Of a stretch of 24,000 bases of DNA, positions 1-7,463 are shown piece by piece. The notes under the pieces are model-generated. The model was given only the letters and a program-made list of their open reading frames with translations. It was not told the origin of the DNA and did no database searches. A program made the position numbers and the translations under genes. Each line of letters begins with the position of its first letter. Positions within the stretch are counted from its first letter, which is position 1. This DNA is from Longibaculum muris (GTDB taxonomy: Bacteria; Bacillota_I; Bacilli_A; Erysipelotrichales; Coprobacillaceae), in contig NZ_SMCQ01000019.1 in NCBI RefSeq assembly GCF_004343035.1, forward strand, positions 19,833 through 43,832, in the 5' to 3' direction.

Positions 1-1862
1 TTTAAGTCTTTTTTCTTTAAAGGTTGATAATGAATGACTTCATCAATCCGATTTAAAAATTCTTGAGAAAATGATTCTTTTAATGTATTTTTAGACATCA
101 TTGCTTTTTTAAAACCAACTATGGATTGACTATTGGACATTACATTTGATGTCATAATAATGATTGTATCCTTAAAAGATATTTTATGATGATGATTATC
201 TTTTAATAAGCCTTCATCAAAAACTTGTAGGAAAAGATGCATGACTTGGGGATGCGCCTTTTCTATTTCATCTAATAAAAGAATACTATTAGGATATAGG
301 ATAAGATCATGAAGCAATGAAGATTGATCATCATAACCAATATAGCCAGGTGGAGATCCAATAATTTTAGAAACACTGGCTGGTTCACTATATTCCGACA
401 TATCTAACTTTACAAAATGACGATGAAGTAAACGAGCTAATTCTCTAGCTGTTTGGGTTTTCCCTATTCCACTACTTCCTACTAATAAGTAAATGCCTTT
501 AGGCTTGGTTGGATGGGGATATTTGGCAAGTGATTCTAATGATTCAACAAGTGTTTCAATTGCTTGATCTTGTCCTTTAATCACATTTTGCAATTGTGCT
601 TGTAAATGTTGATAAGATAATTTAGTTAGTGTCATTCCTGTTATTTCTTCAATAACACATTCAATATGTTCTCTTTGTAACTCATTTTGTTTTAAAAATA
701 CGGCTTTAACACAAGCTAGATCTAAGACATCAATAGCTTTATCAGGGAAAACACGAGATATCAGATAGTCATCACATAAGTCAATGACATCATCGATGCA
801 TTGTTGAGAAATCTGGATATGATGATAATCAACATACTGTTGTTTTAATCCTTGTAAGATAGCTCTCGTTTCTTCTTTGGTATTCTCATTTAATTTAATG
901 ACTGCAAAACGACGATTCATAGCTTGATCTTTTTCAAAATACTTATAATATTCTTCTATTGTTGTGGCACCAATAATGGTTAAATCTCGTCTTGCTAGAT
1001 AAGGTTTTAAAATATTAGAAGCATCAATAGCTCCCTCTGCTCCACCAGCCCCTATTAAATTATGAATTTCATCAATAAATAATATTGCATCCTTAGCTAA
1101 AATAACCTTATCAATAATCTTCTTAAACTTTTCTTCAAATTCACCACGATACTTTGTCCCAGCTACAATACTAGAAAGACTTAATTCATAAATCACTTTA
1201 TTTTTCAAGGAATCTGGAACTTCATGATTATTAATCTTAATAGCTAATTTCTCAACTAAAGCGGTCTTTCCTACTCCTGCTTTACCAATTAATAAAGCAT
1301 TGTTTTTCTCTTTTTTACAAAGAGTTAAAAAGAGTTGTTCTAACTCCTTGTCTCTACCTATCATTTGTCTTTCTTGTTTTTTTACTAATTGATTAAAGTT
1401 TGTTAATTCATGAATTAAATCTAATTCATGTAAAAGGGATTTTTCTTCACTTAATTCCTTTTTGACTTCATCAAAAGGAACATGATATTTATTAAGTAAT
1501 TCAACGGCAACACTTTCTTTTTGCATCAGCATAGCAATACATAATGTATTTAAAGAAACTTTACTTTCTTTTTTCACTGTACTCATACTCATCGCATCTT
1601 CTAAAATCTTTTTGACGACTTCACTATACTCCATATAAAAAGGTTGTATATCTTTTTCACCAAACAACCTAACAATATCATCATAGATCATTTCATCAGT
1701 AACTTGATAGACTTTCAATATCTTTGAAAATGGGCAATCTTTCATTTTCAAAAGAGACAAAAGAAGATGTTCACTTCCAACACTACTATGTCCTAAATCA
1801 AAAGCAATACTTTCAGCAATCACAATTGCTTTCTGTGCTTTTTCATGAAATTGTGTGAGCAT
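1..1862 (-). CDS. ClpA/ClpC-family AAA+ ATPase (Clp protease ATP-binding subunit), C-terminal end beyond window
   Basis: Absent from the supplied ORF track because it has no in-window stop. The reverse complement from ATG 1860-1862 (RBS GAGGTG 4 nt upstream) reads MLTQFHEKAQKAIVIAESIAFDLGHSSVGSEHLLLSLLKM (Clp_N-like). Walker A GKAGVGKT is at nt 1263-1286 and a second Walker A GSSGIGKT at nt 456-479. Later motifs are LLLDEIEKAHP, an IVGF loop and FLNRIDEVIHY. The frame stays open for 620 codons to nt 3. Confidence 0.9.
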   Translation of the reverse strand, partial: MLTQFHEKAQKAIVIAESIAFDLGHSSVGSEHLLLSLLKMKDCPFSKILKVYQVTDEMIYDDIVRLFGEKDIQPFYMEYSEVVKKILEDAMSMSTVKKESKVSLNTLCIAMLMQKESVAVELLNKYHVPFDEVKKELSEEKSLLHELDLIHELTNFNQLVKKQERQMIGRDKELEQLFLTLCKKEKNNALLIGKAGVGKTALVEKLAIKINNHEVPDSLKNKVIYELSLSSIVAGTKYRGEFEEKFKKIIDKVILAKDAILFIDEIHNLIGAGGAEGAIDASNILKPYLARRDLTIIGATTIEEYYKYFEKDQAMNRRFAVIKLNENTKEETRAILQGLKQQYVDYHHIQISQQCIDDVIDLCDDYLISRVFPDKAIDVLDLACVKAVFLKQNELQREHIECVIEEITGMTLTKLSYQHLQAQLQNVIKGQDQAIETLVESLESLAKYPHPTKPKGIYLLVGSSGIGKTQTARELARLLHRHFVKLDMSEYSEPASVSKIIGSPPGYIGYDDQSSLLHDLILYPNSILLLDEIEKAHPQVMHLFLQVFDEGLLKDNHHHKISFKDTIIIMTSNVMSNSQSIVGFKKAMMSKNTLKESFSQEFLNRIDEVIHYQPLKKKDL

Positions 1863-2155
1863 ACTACACCTCTTTTCCTTTCTATCATATGAACTCTATT
1901 TGAAATTATTAACCATTTCCATCTATTTAATCAAATTATTCAAGAACCCAAGATAAAAAAATAAATCAAATATATTTTTTTATTTTTTTGTTAATTTTTT
2001 CCCCACTTTTATAAAAAATATGTCATAATATATATGTCAGGAAGATATATTTTAGCAGTTCAATAAAATATTAGTTTTTTGTTCTTTTAACATTAAATAG
2101 CGCGAGCTTTCCAATTTCCCAATTAAATATGTTAAAAGAATTTGAGACTCCTTTC

Positions 2156-2190
2156 TGAAAAGAAAAATCACCAATAACTCGGTGATTTTT
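2156..2190 (-). terminator. Rho-independent terminator after srtB
   Basis: Minus strand: AATCACC (2187-2181), loop GAGTTATT, GGTGATT (2172-2166), then TTTTCTTTTC. It starts right after the srtB stop codon (2191-2193). Confidence 0.65.
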
Positions 2191-2907
2191 TTATTGCTTA
2201 ATATTTTCTTTAAATTGTCCATAGACAATATAACGATTATCTGTTCCATTATAACAAGTACTTAACATAATAAATGGTTTTTGTTTTTCACTTATTGGAG
2301 ATTGAACAGAGGCAATCTTTTGAATCTCTTTTACATATTTAGGATAATCAATGCCTTTTTGATACATTGAACTTGTTGATTTAATAACAGCTGATGCCAC
2401 GGCATCATAAACATTCACACTACCATCAGGTAAATAAATATATATAGTTGAATGCTTTTTATAATAATCTTCTTTGACAAAATATCTTAAGTCATGAAAA
2501 CGAGATCCGTTTTTCATATTATGACCATAAATAATAGTATTATCATCACTAAAATCTTTCTTATTTATTTCATCTATAAAGACTGAACCAGCTTTATTTT
2601 TTTTCTTATATATATCTGTATAAAGATATGTATCATTTGTTTTTCCTTTAAGGATGGGTTCATCAATTTTTGTATCTGGTATATATAACCAACCAATAAC
2701 ATCTGGATTTGTTGCTTGTAATGCTTTAAAATTAACTGCTCTTTGAATTGGATTTTCTTCCTTTTCTACAACATATTCATCAATCAAATTTTCAGATTCT
2801 TTTTCAATAGAATAATATTCATAGAAAATCTTTCCTAATTGAAAAGCCGAATAAGCAAAAACACAGACACAAATAACAAGAATAACTTTTCTTATTTTAT
2901 CTTTCAT
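2191..2907 (-). CDS. srtB: class B sortase
   Basis: 238 aa with an N-terminal TM anchor (VILVICVCVFAYSAF). Motifs NPDVIGWLYIPDTKIDEPIL, TIIYGHNM, the catalytic LSTC, and a downstream Arg (DNRYIV) match the SrtB pattern. The start ATG overlaps the ychF stop (TAATG). Confidence 0.85.
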   Translation of the reverse strand: MKDKIRKVILVICVCVFAYSAFQLGKIFYEYYSIEKESENLIDEYVVEKEENPIQRAVNFKALQATNPDVIGWLYIPDTKIDEPILKGKTNDTYLYTDIYKKKNKAGSVFIDEINKKDFSDDNTIIYGHNMKNGSRFHDLRYFVKEDYYKKHSTIYIYLPDGSVNVYDAVASAVIKSTSSMYQKGIDYPKYVKEIQKIASVQSPISEKQKPFIMLSTCYNGTDNRYIVYGQFKENIKQ

Positions 2908-4007
2908 TAAACATTAAACTTAAAGAACATGATGTCTCCATCTTGCCCTACATATTGTTTCCCTTCTTGACGAATCTTACCTGCATCTCTTAAAGCATGT
3001 TCACTCTTAAATTCCATTAAATCATCATAGCTATATGTTTCAGCCTTAATAAATCCTTTTTGGAAATCAGTATGAATAATTCCTGCCATTTCTGGAGCTA
3101 ACATACCTTTTTTAAAAGTCCAAGCACGAACTTCATCCGCTCCAACAGTAAAGAAAGTATTAAGTCCAAGTAAAGCATAAGCTTCTTTGATTAATTTATC
3201 CAAACCACTTTCATCAATACCTAAATCTTGCATAAACATAGCTTTTTCTTCTTTATCTAATCCAACTAATTCACTTTCAATCTTAGCACAAATAGGAACA
3301 ACATCGCATCCTTCTTTTGTCGCATAATCTTTTAACTGTACATAATAAGGATTACTATCAGGATTTTCTAAATCTTCTTCACCTAAATTTGCTACATAGA
3401 TAAGTGGTTTCATTGTTAATAAAGTATATTGTTTAACAATATCAATATCTTCTTTAGAAAAATTCATTGTTCTAGCTGGTTTCCCTGCATCTAAGATTTC
3501 TTTTAAAGGTTCTAAAACCGCCATTTCAGCTTTAGCTTCTTTATCACCAGATTTAGCTTTCTTTTCAATCTTTGCAATTCTCTTTTCAACTGTTTCAAGA
3601 TCGGCAAAAATTAATTCTAGATTAATTGTTTCCACATCTCTAATTGGATCAACATCTCCATCAACATGTGTAATGTCTTTGTCTCTAAAACAACGAACAA
3701 CTTCACATATTGCATCAGTTTCACGAATATTTGCTAAGAATTTATTTCCTAAACCTTCACCACGTGAAGCTCCTTTAACCAAACCAGCAATATCAGTAAA
3801 TTCAAATGTTGTAGGAATTGTTTTTTTAGGATTAAAAATTCTTGTTAATTCATCTAAACGATGATCAGGAACTTCCACCACTCCGACGTTTGGATCAATA
3901 GTTGCAAATGGATAGTTTGCTGCTTCCACTTGCGCATTTGTAATTGCATTAAATAATGTAGACTTCCCAACATTTGGTAGTCCTACGATACCGGCTGTTA
4001 ATGCCAT
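2907..4007 (-). CDS. ychF: redox-regulated ribosome-binding ATPase YchF
   Basis: 366 aa. MALTAGIVGLPNVGKSTLFNAIT contains the G1 motif. The TGS-like C-terminus reads IHTDFQKGFIKAE...DGDIMFFKFNV. RBS AAGGAGTG lies upstream of the ATG. Confidence 0.95.
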   Translation of the reverse strand: MALTAGIVGLPNVGKSTLFNAITNAQVEAANYPFATIDPNVGVVEVPDHRLDELTRIFNPKKTIPTTFEFTDIAGLVKGASRGEGLGNKFLANIRETDAICEVVRCFRDKDITHVDGDVDPIRDVETINLELIFADLETVEKRIAKIEKKAKSGDKEAKAEMAVLEPLKEILDAGKPARTMNFSKEDIDIVKQYTLLTMKPLIYVANLGEEDLENPDSNPYYVQLKDYATKEGCDVVPICAKIESELVGLDKEEKAMFMQDLGIDESGLDKLIKEAYALLGLNTFFTVGADEVRAWTFKKGMLAPEMAGIIHTDFQKGFIKAETYSYDDLMEFKSEHALRDAGKIRQEGKQYVGQDGDIMFFKFNV

Positions 4008-4034
4008 AAATTATCACTCCTTAACTTCCTATAC

Positions 4035-4063
4035 ATTTTATCTAAAAACATGCTAAAATACAA
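4035..4063 (-). promoter_or_regulatory. candidate sigma-A promoter of ychF-srtB
   Basis: Minus strand TTGTAT (4063-4058), 17-nt spacer, TAAAAT (4040-4035), about 28 nt upstream of the ychF ATG. The background is AT-rich, so chance matches are likely. Confidence 0.4.
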
Positions 4064-4074
4064 GTTATTTCTAT

Positions 4075-4103
4075 TTGTCTTAAAGGATTGTTTTGGTTAT
4101 AAT
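4075..4103 (+). promoter_or_regulatory. candidate sigma-A promoter of PAP2 gene
   Basis: TTGTCT (4075-4080), 17-nt spacer, TATAAT (4098-4103). RBS AAGGGTGA precedes ATG 4124. Confidence 0.45.
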
Positions 4104-4123
4104 AGAAGCGAAAGGGTGATCAT

Positions 4124-4597
4124 ATGGAACAATTTTATCAAACAACATTGGATTATATCAGAAAACATCCTCAATTAAAAAAATCAGTCATCTTTATGAC
4201 TCAATATTTCCCATATATCACTTTTTGTCTTTATCCTTGTGTCCTTGTTTATCTCTATTTAAACAAGAGTCCTTATTTGAGCGCTGCAATCTATAAACCA
4301 TTAGGGGCTTTTCTTTTTGTGACCATTTTTAGAAAGCTCATAAATCGTCCACGTCCTTATGACTGCATGAATATTGAACCATTGGTTGGTCACAAACATG
4401 GTGAATCTTTTCCAAGTCGTCATACCTTAAGTGCTTTTATTATTGCTTTGATTTGTTTTTATGCCAATATATATGTTGGCATATTTGCTTTGATTGTGGC
4501 AATGATATTAAGTGGATGTCGTATTCTTGCTGGAGTTCATTTTATAAGTGATGTTTTGGCAGGAATTGTCATTGCGATTGTTTTTTTCATTATTTAA
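4124..4597 (+). CDS. PAP2-family membrane phosphatase
   Basis: 157 aa, multi-TM. The three PAP2 motifs are visible: KLINRPRP, FPSRHT and CRILAGVHFISDVLAG. Confidence 0.8.
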   Translation: MEQFYQTTLDYIRKHPQLKKSVIFMTQYFPYITFCLYPCVLVYLYLNKSPYLSAAIYKPLGAFLFVTIFRKLINRPRPYDCMNIEPLVGHKHGESFPSRHTLSAFIIALICFYANIYVGIFALIVAMILSGCRILAGVHFISDVLAGIVIAIVFFII

Positions 4598-4619
4598 TTC
4601 AAATTTTTTAATTATTTGA

Positions 4620-4647
4620 TTGACAAAGTTTATTTTTATATTATACT
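4620..4647 (+). promoter_or_regulatory. candidate sigma-A promoter of MarR-DegV operon
   Basis: TTGACA (4620-4625), 16-nt spacer, TATACT (4642-4647). Confidence 0.5.
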
Positions 4648-4648
4648 G

Positions 4649-4668
4649 TACTTAAAATATTTTAAGTA
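4649..4668. promoter_or_regulatory. perfect 20-bp palindrome, likely MarR operator
   Basis: TACTTAAAAT|ATTTTAAGTA is self-complementary over all 20 nt. It starts 2 nt after the -10 box and ends 8 nt before the AGGAGG RBS. The operator role is inference. Confidence 0.5.
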
Positions 4669-4687
4669 TCATCAAAGGAGGTGCAAT

Positions 4688-5116
4688 ATGTTAAGTAAAG
4701 AATTCCAATCTGTCTATAACATCTTTAAGATGAACTTCTATGCTTCAATGTGTGCTAATTCAAAAGAATTAACTATGCAGGAAGCATTTAGTTTGGATAT
4801 CATTTATATGTTAGGTCATCCTACAATATTAGAATATGCGAAATATATGGGGATTTCTCAACCCAATGCAACATATAAAATCAATCAATTGATTGAAAAA
4901 GGATATTTGATTAAAGAAGTAAGTAAGGAAGATAAAAGATCTTATCGTTTACAAGTCACAAAGAAGTTTTTAGCTTTTTATCGTGATAATGATCGTTTTA
5001 TAAAAAAAGTCCTTGGTGATATTGAAAATATTTTTACGTCTGATGAAGTAAAATTACTAGAAAAAATGTTACAAACAATTAAAGTGGAAATGACACAAGG
5101 AGAAAAAAATGATTAA
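4688..5116 (+). CDS. MarR-family transcriptional regulator
   Basis: The track ORF starts at 4616, but ATG 4688 has AAAGGAGG 6-7 nt upstream, giving 142 aa. The winged-helix segment is ISQPNATYKINQLIEKGYLIKEVSKEDKRSYRLQVTKKF. The 3' end overlaps the degV start by 8 nt. Confidence 0.8.
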   Translation: MLSKEFQSVYNIFKMNFYASMCANSKELTMQEAFSLDIIYMLGHPTILEYAKYMGISQPNATYKINQLIEKGYLIKEVSKEDKRSYRLQVTKKFLAFYRDNDRFIKKVLGDIENIFTSDEVKLLEKMLQTIKVEMTQGEKND

Positions 5117-5954
5117 GATTTTAACAGATTCTACATCTGATATTGATTTAAACCAAGCTAAAGAATTAGGAATAGACATTATTCCATTGAAAGTCATTAT
5201 TAATGGTCAAGAATATAAAGACCGTATTGATTTACAACCCGATGAATTTTATCATCTTTTAACAACAAGTACGACTTTACCAACCACATCTCAACCATCC
5301 CCACAAGACTTCTTAACTCACTATGAGGAAGCTAAAAAACATGGGGATAGTGTTATTGTAATGACGCTATCAAGTGTTATTAGTGGAACTTATCAAAGTG
5401 CCAATATTGCGGCTGGGATTGCAAAATATGATGATATTTATGTTATTGATAGTTTAGCAACGACTCAAATGTTAAGATTACTTGTTTTAAAAGCTGTTAC
5501 TTTACGTGATCAAAATATGGATGTTAAAGATATTGTCAAAACTTTAGAAGAATATAAACATCGTATTCGTATTTATGCTTTTGTTGATACTTTAGAATAT
5601 TTATATAAAGGTGGACGTTTATCTAAGACAGCCGCTACTGCAGGAACATTGCTTAAATTTAAGCCAATTATTGGATTAAAAGATGGAAAATTAGAAATGT
5701 TTGCTAAGGCAAGAGGAACACAAAAAGCAACTGCTAAAATTATTGACTTGATTCATGAAGATGGAGACATTGATTTTGATGAACCTATCTGTGTTGGATT
5801 TACTGGTAATGATGATGGTTTAGATAAATTTGAACAAATTCTAAGAGATGAATTTGGTTTTGGAGAAGTTCTTCATGGTTGTGTTGGTCCAGTTATTGGG
5901 ACACATGCTGGTCCAGGTGCACGTTTAATAAGTTATGTCAGAAAGGAAATTTAG
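5109..5954 (+). CDS. DegV-family fatty-acid-binding protein (FakB-like)
   Basis: 281 aa. MIKILTDSTSDI, TTSQPSP, LSSVISGTYQSA and GGRLSK match the typical DegV pattern. RBS AAGGAGA. Confidence 0.9.
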   Translation: MIKILTDSTSDIDLNQAKELGIDIIPLKVIINGQEYKDRIDLQPDEFYHLLTTSTTLPTTSQPSPQDFLTHYEEAKKHGDSVIVMTLSSVISGTYQSANIAAGIAKYDDIYVIDSLATTQMLRLLVLKAVTLRDQNMDVKDIVKTLEEYKHRIRIYAFVDTLEYLYKGGRLSKTAATAGTLLKFKPIIGLKDGKLEMFAKARGTQKATAKIIDLIHEDGDIDFDEPICVGFTGNDDGLDKFEQILRDEFGFGEVLHGCVGPVIGTHAGPGARLISYVRKEI

Positions 5955-5967
5955 TTTCCTTTTTTTA
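5942..5967 (+). terminator. Rho-independent terminator after degV
   Basis: AAAGGAAA (5942-5949), loop TTTAG (contains the TAG stop), TTTCCTTT (5955-5962), then a T-run. Confidence 0.6.
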
Positions 5968-5973
5968 TTTTCA

Positions 5974-6005
5974 TTTTGTAAAAAAAGCGAATATTTTTTA
6001 CAAAA
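5974..6005. repeat. inverted repeat with 12-bp arms upstream of AEC permease
   Basis: TTTTGTAAAAAA (5974-5985), 8 nt, TTTTTTACAAAA (5994-6005). The arms are perfectly complementary but almost pure A/T. Confidence 0.5.
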
Positions 6006-6036
6006 TTTGATATGATGTAAAACCGAGGTGGAATAT

Positions 6037-6948
6037 ATGTTAGATATTTTAATTAAAGCTTTTGGATTTATACTTATTATTGTGATTGGATTTTTATTAA
6101 AATCAAAGGGAATATGTAAAAGAGAACATGGACAATTTTTATCAACGATCATTATGAATATTACATTACCTTGTGCACTTTTATCTTCAATTAATAATTT
6201 AAAGATTACTCCTGTTTTATTGATTGCTTTAATCATTGGATTCATGGGTAATGTTATTACGAATATCATTGGTTATCTTTCATCAAATCATGAATCACCT
6301 ATGAATAAAGCTCTATCAATGATTAATACTTCGGGATATAATATTGGAACATTTACTTTACCCTTTGTCCAAACATTCTTTCCAGCAAGTGCAATTGCTT
6401 ATGTTTGTCTCTTTGATACTGGTAATGCTTTAATGTGTTTAGGAGGAACATTTACAGCCGCAAGTACTGTTGTTTCTTCTGATCAAAAACCCACTTTTTA
6501 TAGTATTATTAAGAAATTATTTTCTTCTATTCCTTTTTGTACATATATTGTTTTATTCTTTTTATCTTTATTTCATATTTCAATTCCAACCCAAGTTTTA
6601 ACGATTACCAGTATTGCGGGAAATGCCAATGCATTCTTAGCTATGTTAATGATTGGTATTCTTTTAGAAGTGAAACTTGATTTTTCACAAATGAAAACAA
6701 TCTTAAAAATTCTTATCAATCGTTATACAATTTCAATTATTCTTTCATTGATTGTTTATTTTCTTTTACCTTTAGATAACATTGTTAGAAAAATGATTGT
6801 TTTATGTTTATTTGCTCCTATTTCAGCAGTTGCTCCTGTTTTTTCAACAAAACTTGGAAGTCATTCACCAGTTCCAGCAGCTGTTAATTCATTAAGTATT
6901 ATGATAAGTATTCTTATTTTAACTTGTTTAATTGTTATTTTTGCTTAA
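6037..6948 (+). CDS. AEC (auxin efflux carrier) family permease
   Basis: The track start GTG 6028 lies inside the RBS GAGGTGG, so ATG 6037 is preferred (303 aa). About 10 TM segments with a hydrophobic N-terminus (MLDILIKAFGFILIIVIGFLLKSKG) typical of the membrane-transport (AEC) family. Confidence 0.8.
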   Translation: MLDILIKAFGFILIIVIGFLLKSKGICKREHGQFLSTIIMNITLPCALLSSINNLKITPVLLIALIIGFMGNVITNIIGYLSSNHESPMNKALSMINTSGYNIGTFTLPFVQTFFPASAIAYVCLFDTGNALMCLGGTFTAASTVVSSDQKPTFYSIIKKLFSSIPFCTYIVLFFLSLFHISIPTQVLTITSIAGNANAFLAMLMIGILLEVKLDFSQMKTILKILINRYTISIILSLIVYFLLPLDNIVRKMIVLCLFAPISAVAPVFSTKLGSHSPVPAAVNSLSIMISILILTCLIVIFA

Positions 6949-6962
6949 TAGATTATATATTT

Positions 6963-6991
6963 AAAAATGAGATAGGGACTATCTCATTTTT
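6963..6991. terminator. bidirectional terminator between convergent AEC and MarR genes
   Basis: AAAAATGAGATAG-GGA-CTATCTCATTTTT: a 9-bp stem flanked by an A-run and a T-run. It overlaps the last codons of the minus-strand MarR gene. Confidence 0.7.
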
Positions 6992-7463
6992 GATATTTCA
7001 TATGTCTAATATACCATTCTTTTAATAACGTATTTAACATATCATTTAATTGGATTTGTTCTTCAGTTGATAACATATCAAACATATCTTCATCATTTGT
7101 TTTTTTATTGGTTATTTTCTCATAACCTTTTTTTGTAAGAGAAATAATGTATCTTCGTTTATCACGTTCATCTTTATAACGCTTTATATATTCTCTTTGT
7201 TCAAGCTTGGCAATAATTTCACTCATTGAACCAGCTTCTATATCAAGAATTTCTTGTAATTCTCGTTGGGATATTTCTTTATGTTTTAATAGAATTTCTA
7301 ATATGTTCTCTTGACTTCTTTTTTTACCTGTTTTATGGGTTAAGATATGTCCACATTTAATGAGTTTATTGGTTAAATCTTGTTGAAAATATTTTTGTCC
7401 TTTTTCACATTGTAAGTTAGATAATAAACAGTTTTTTGAACATATTGGACATTGATTATTCAT
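6984..7463 (-). CDS. MarR-family regulator with Cys-rich N-terminal extension
   Basis: 159 aa. N-terminus MNNQCPICSKNCLLSNLQCEKG (CxxC-x3-C-x6-C). The winged helix follows: ISQRELQEILDIEAGSMSEIIAKLEQREYIKRYKDERDKRRYIISLTKKG. The start overlaps the MATE stop by 8 nt (ATGAATAA). Confidence 0.8.
   Translation of the reverse strand: MNNQCPICSKNCLLSNLQCEKGQKYFQQDLTNKLIKCGHILTHKTGKKRSQENILEILLKHKEISQRELQEILDIEAGSMSEIIAKLEQREYIKRYKDERDKRRYIISLTKKGYEKITNKKTNDEDMFDMLSTEEQIQLNDMLNTLLKEWYIRHMKYQK

Noticed and set aside
1863-2160. CIRCE (HrcA) or CtsR operator upstream of the Clp ATPase gene
   Set aside because: TTAGCAGTT at about 2052 matches only the left half of CIRCE and has no GAGTGCTAA partner 9 nt away. 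No GGTCAAA heptads occur.
2052-2249. 65-aa ORF overlapping the srtB 3' end
   Set aside because: It overlaps the srtB coding sequence and terminator in another frame, has no RBS, and its sequence is low-complexity AT-rich. It looks like a shadow ORF.
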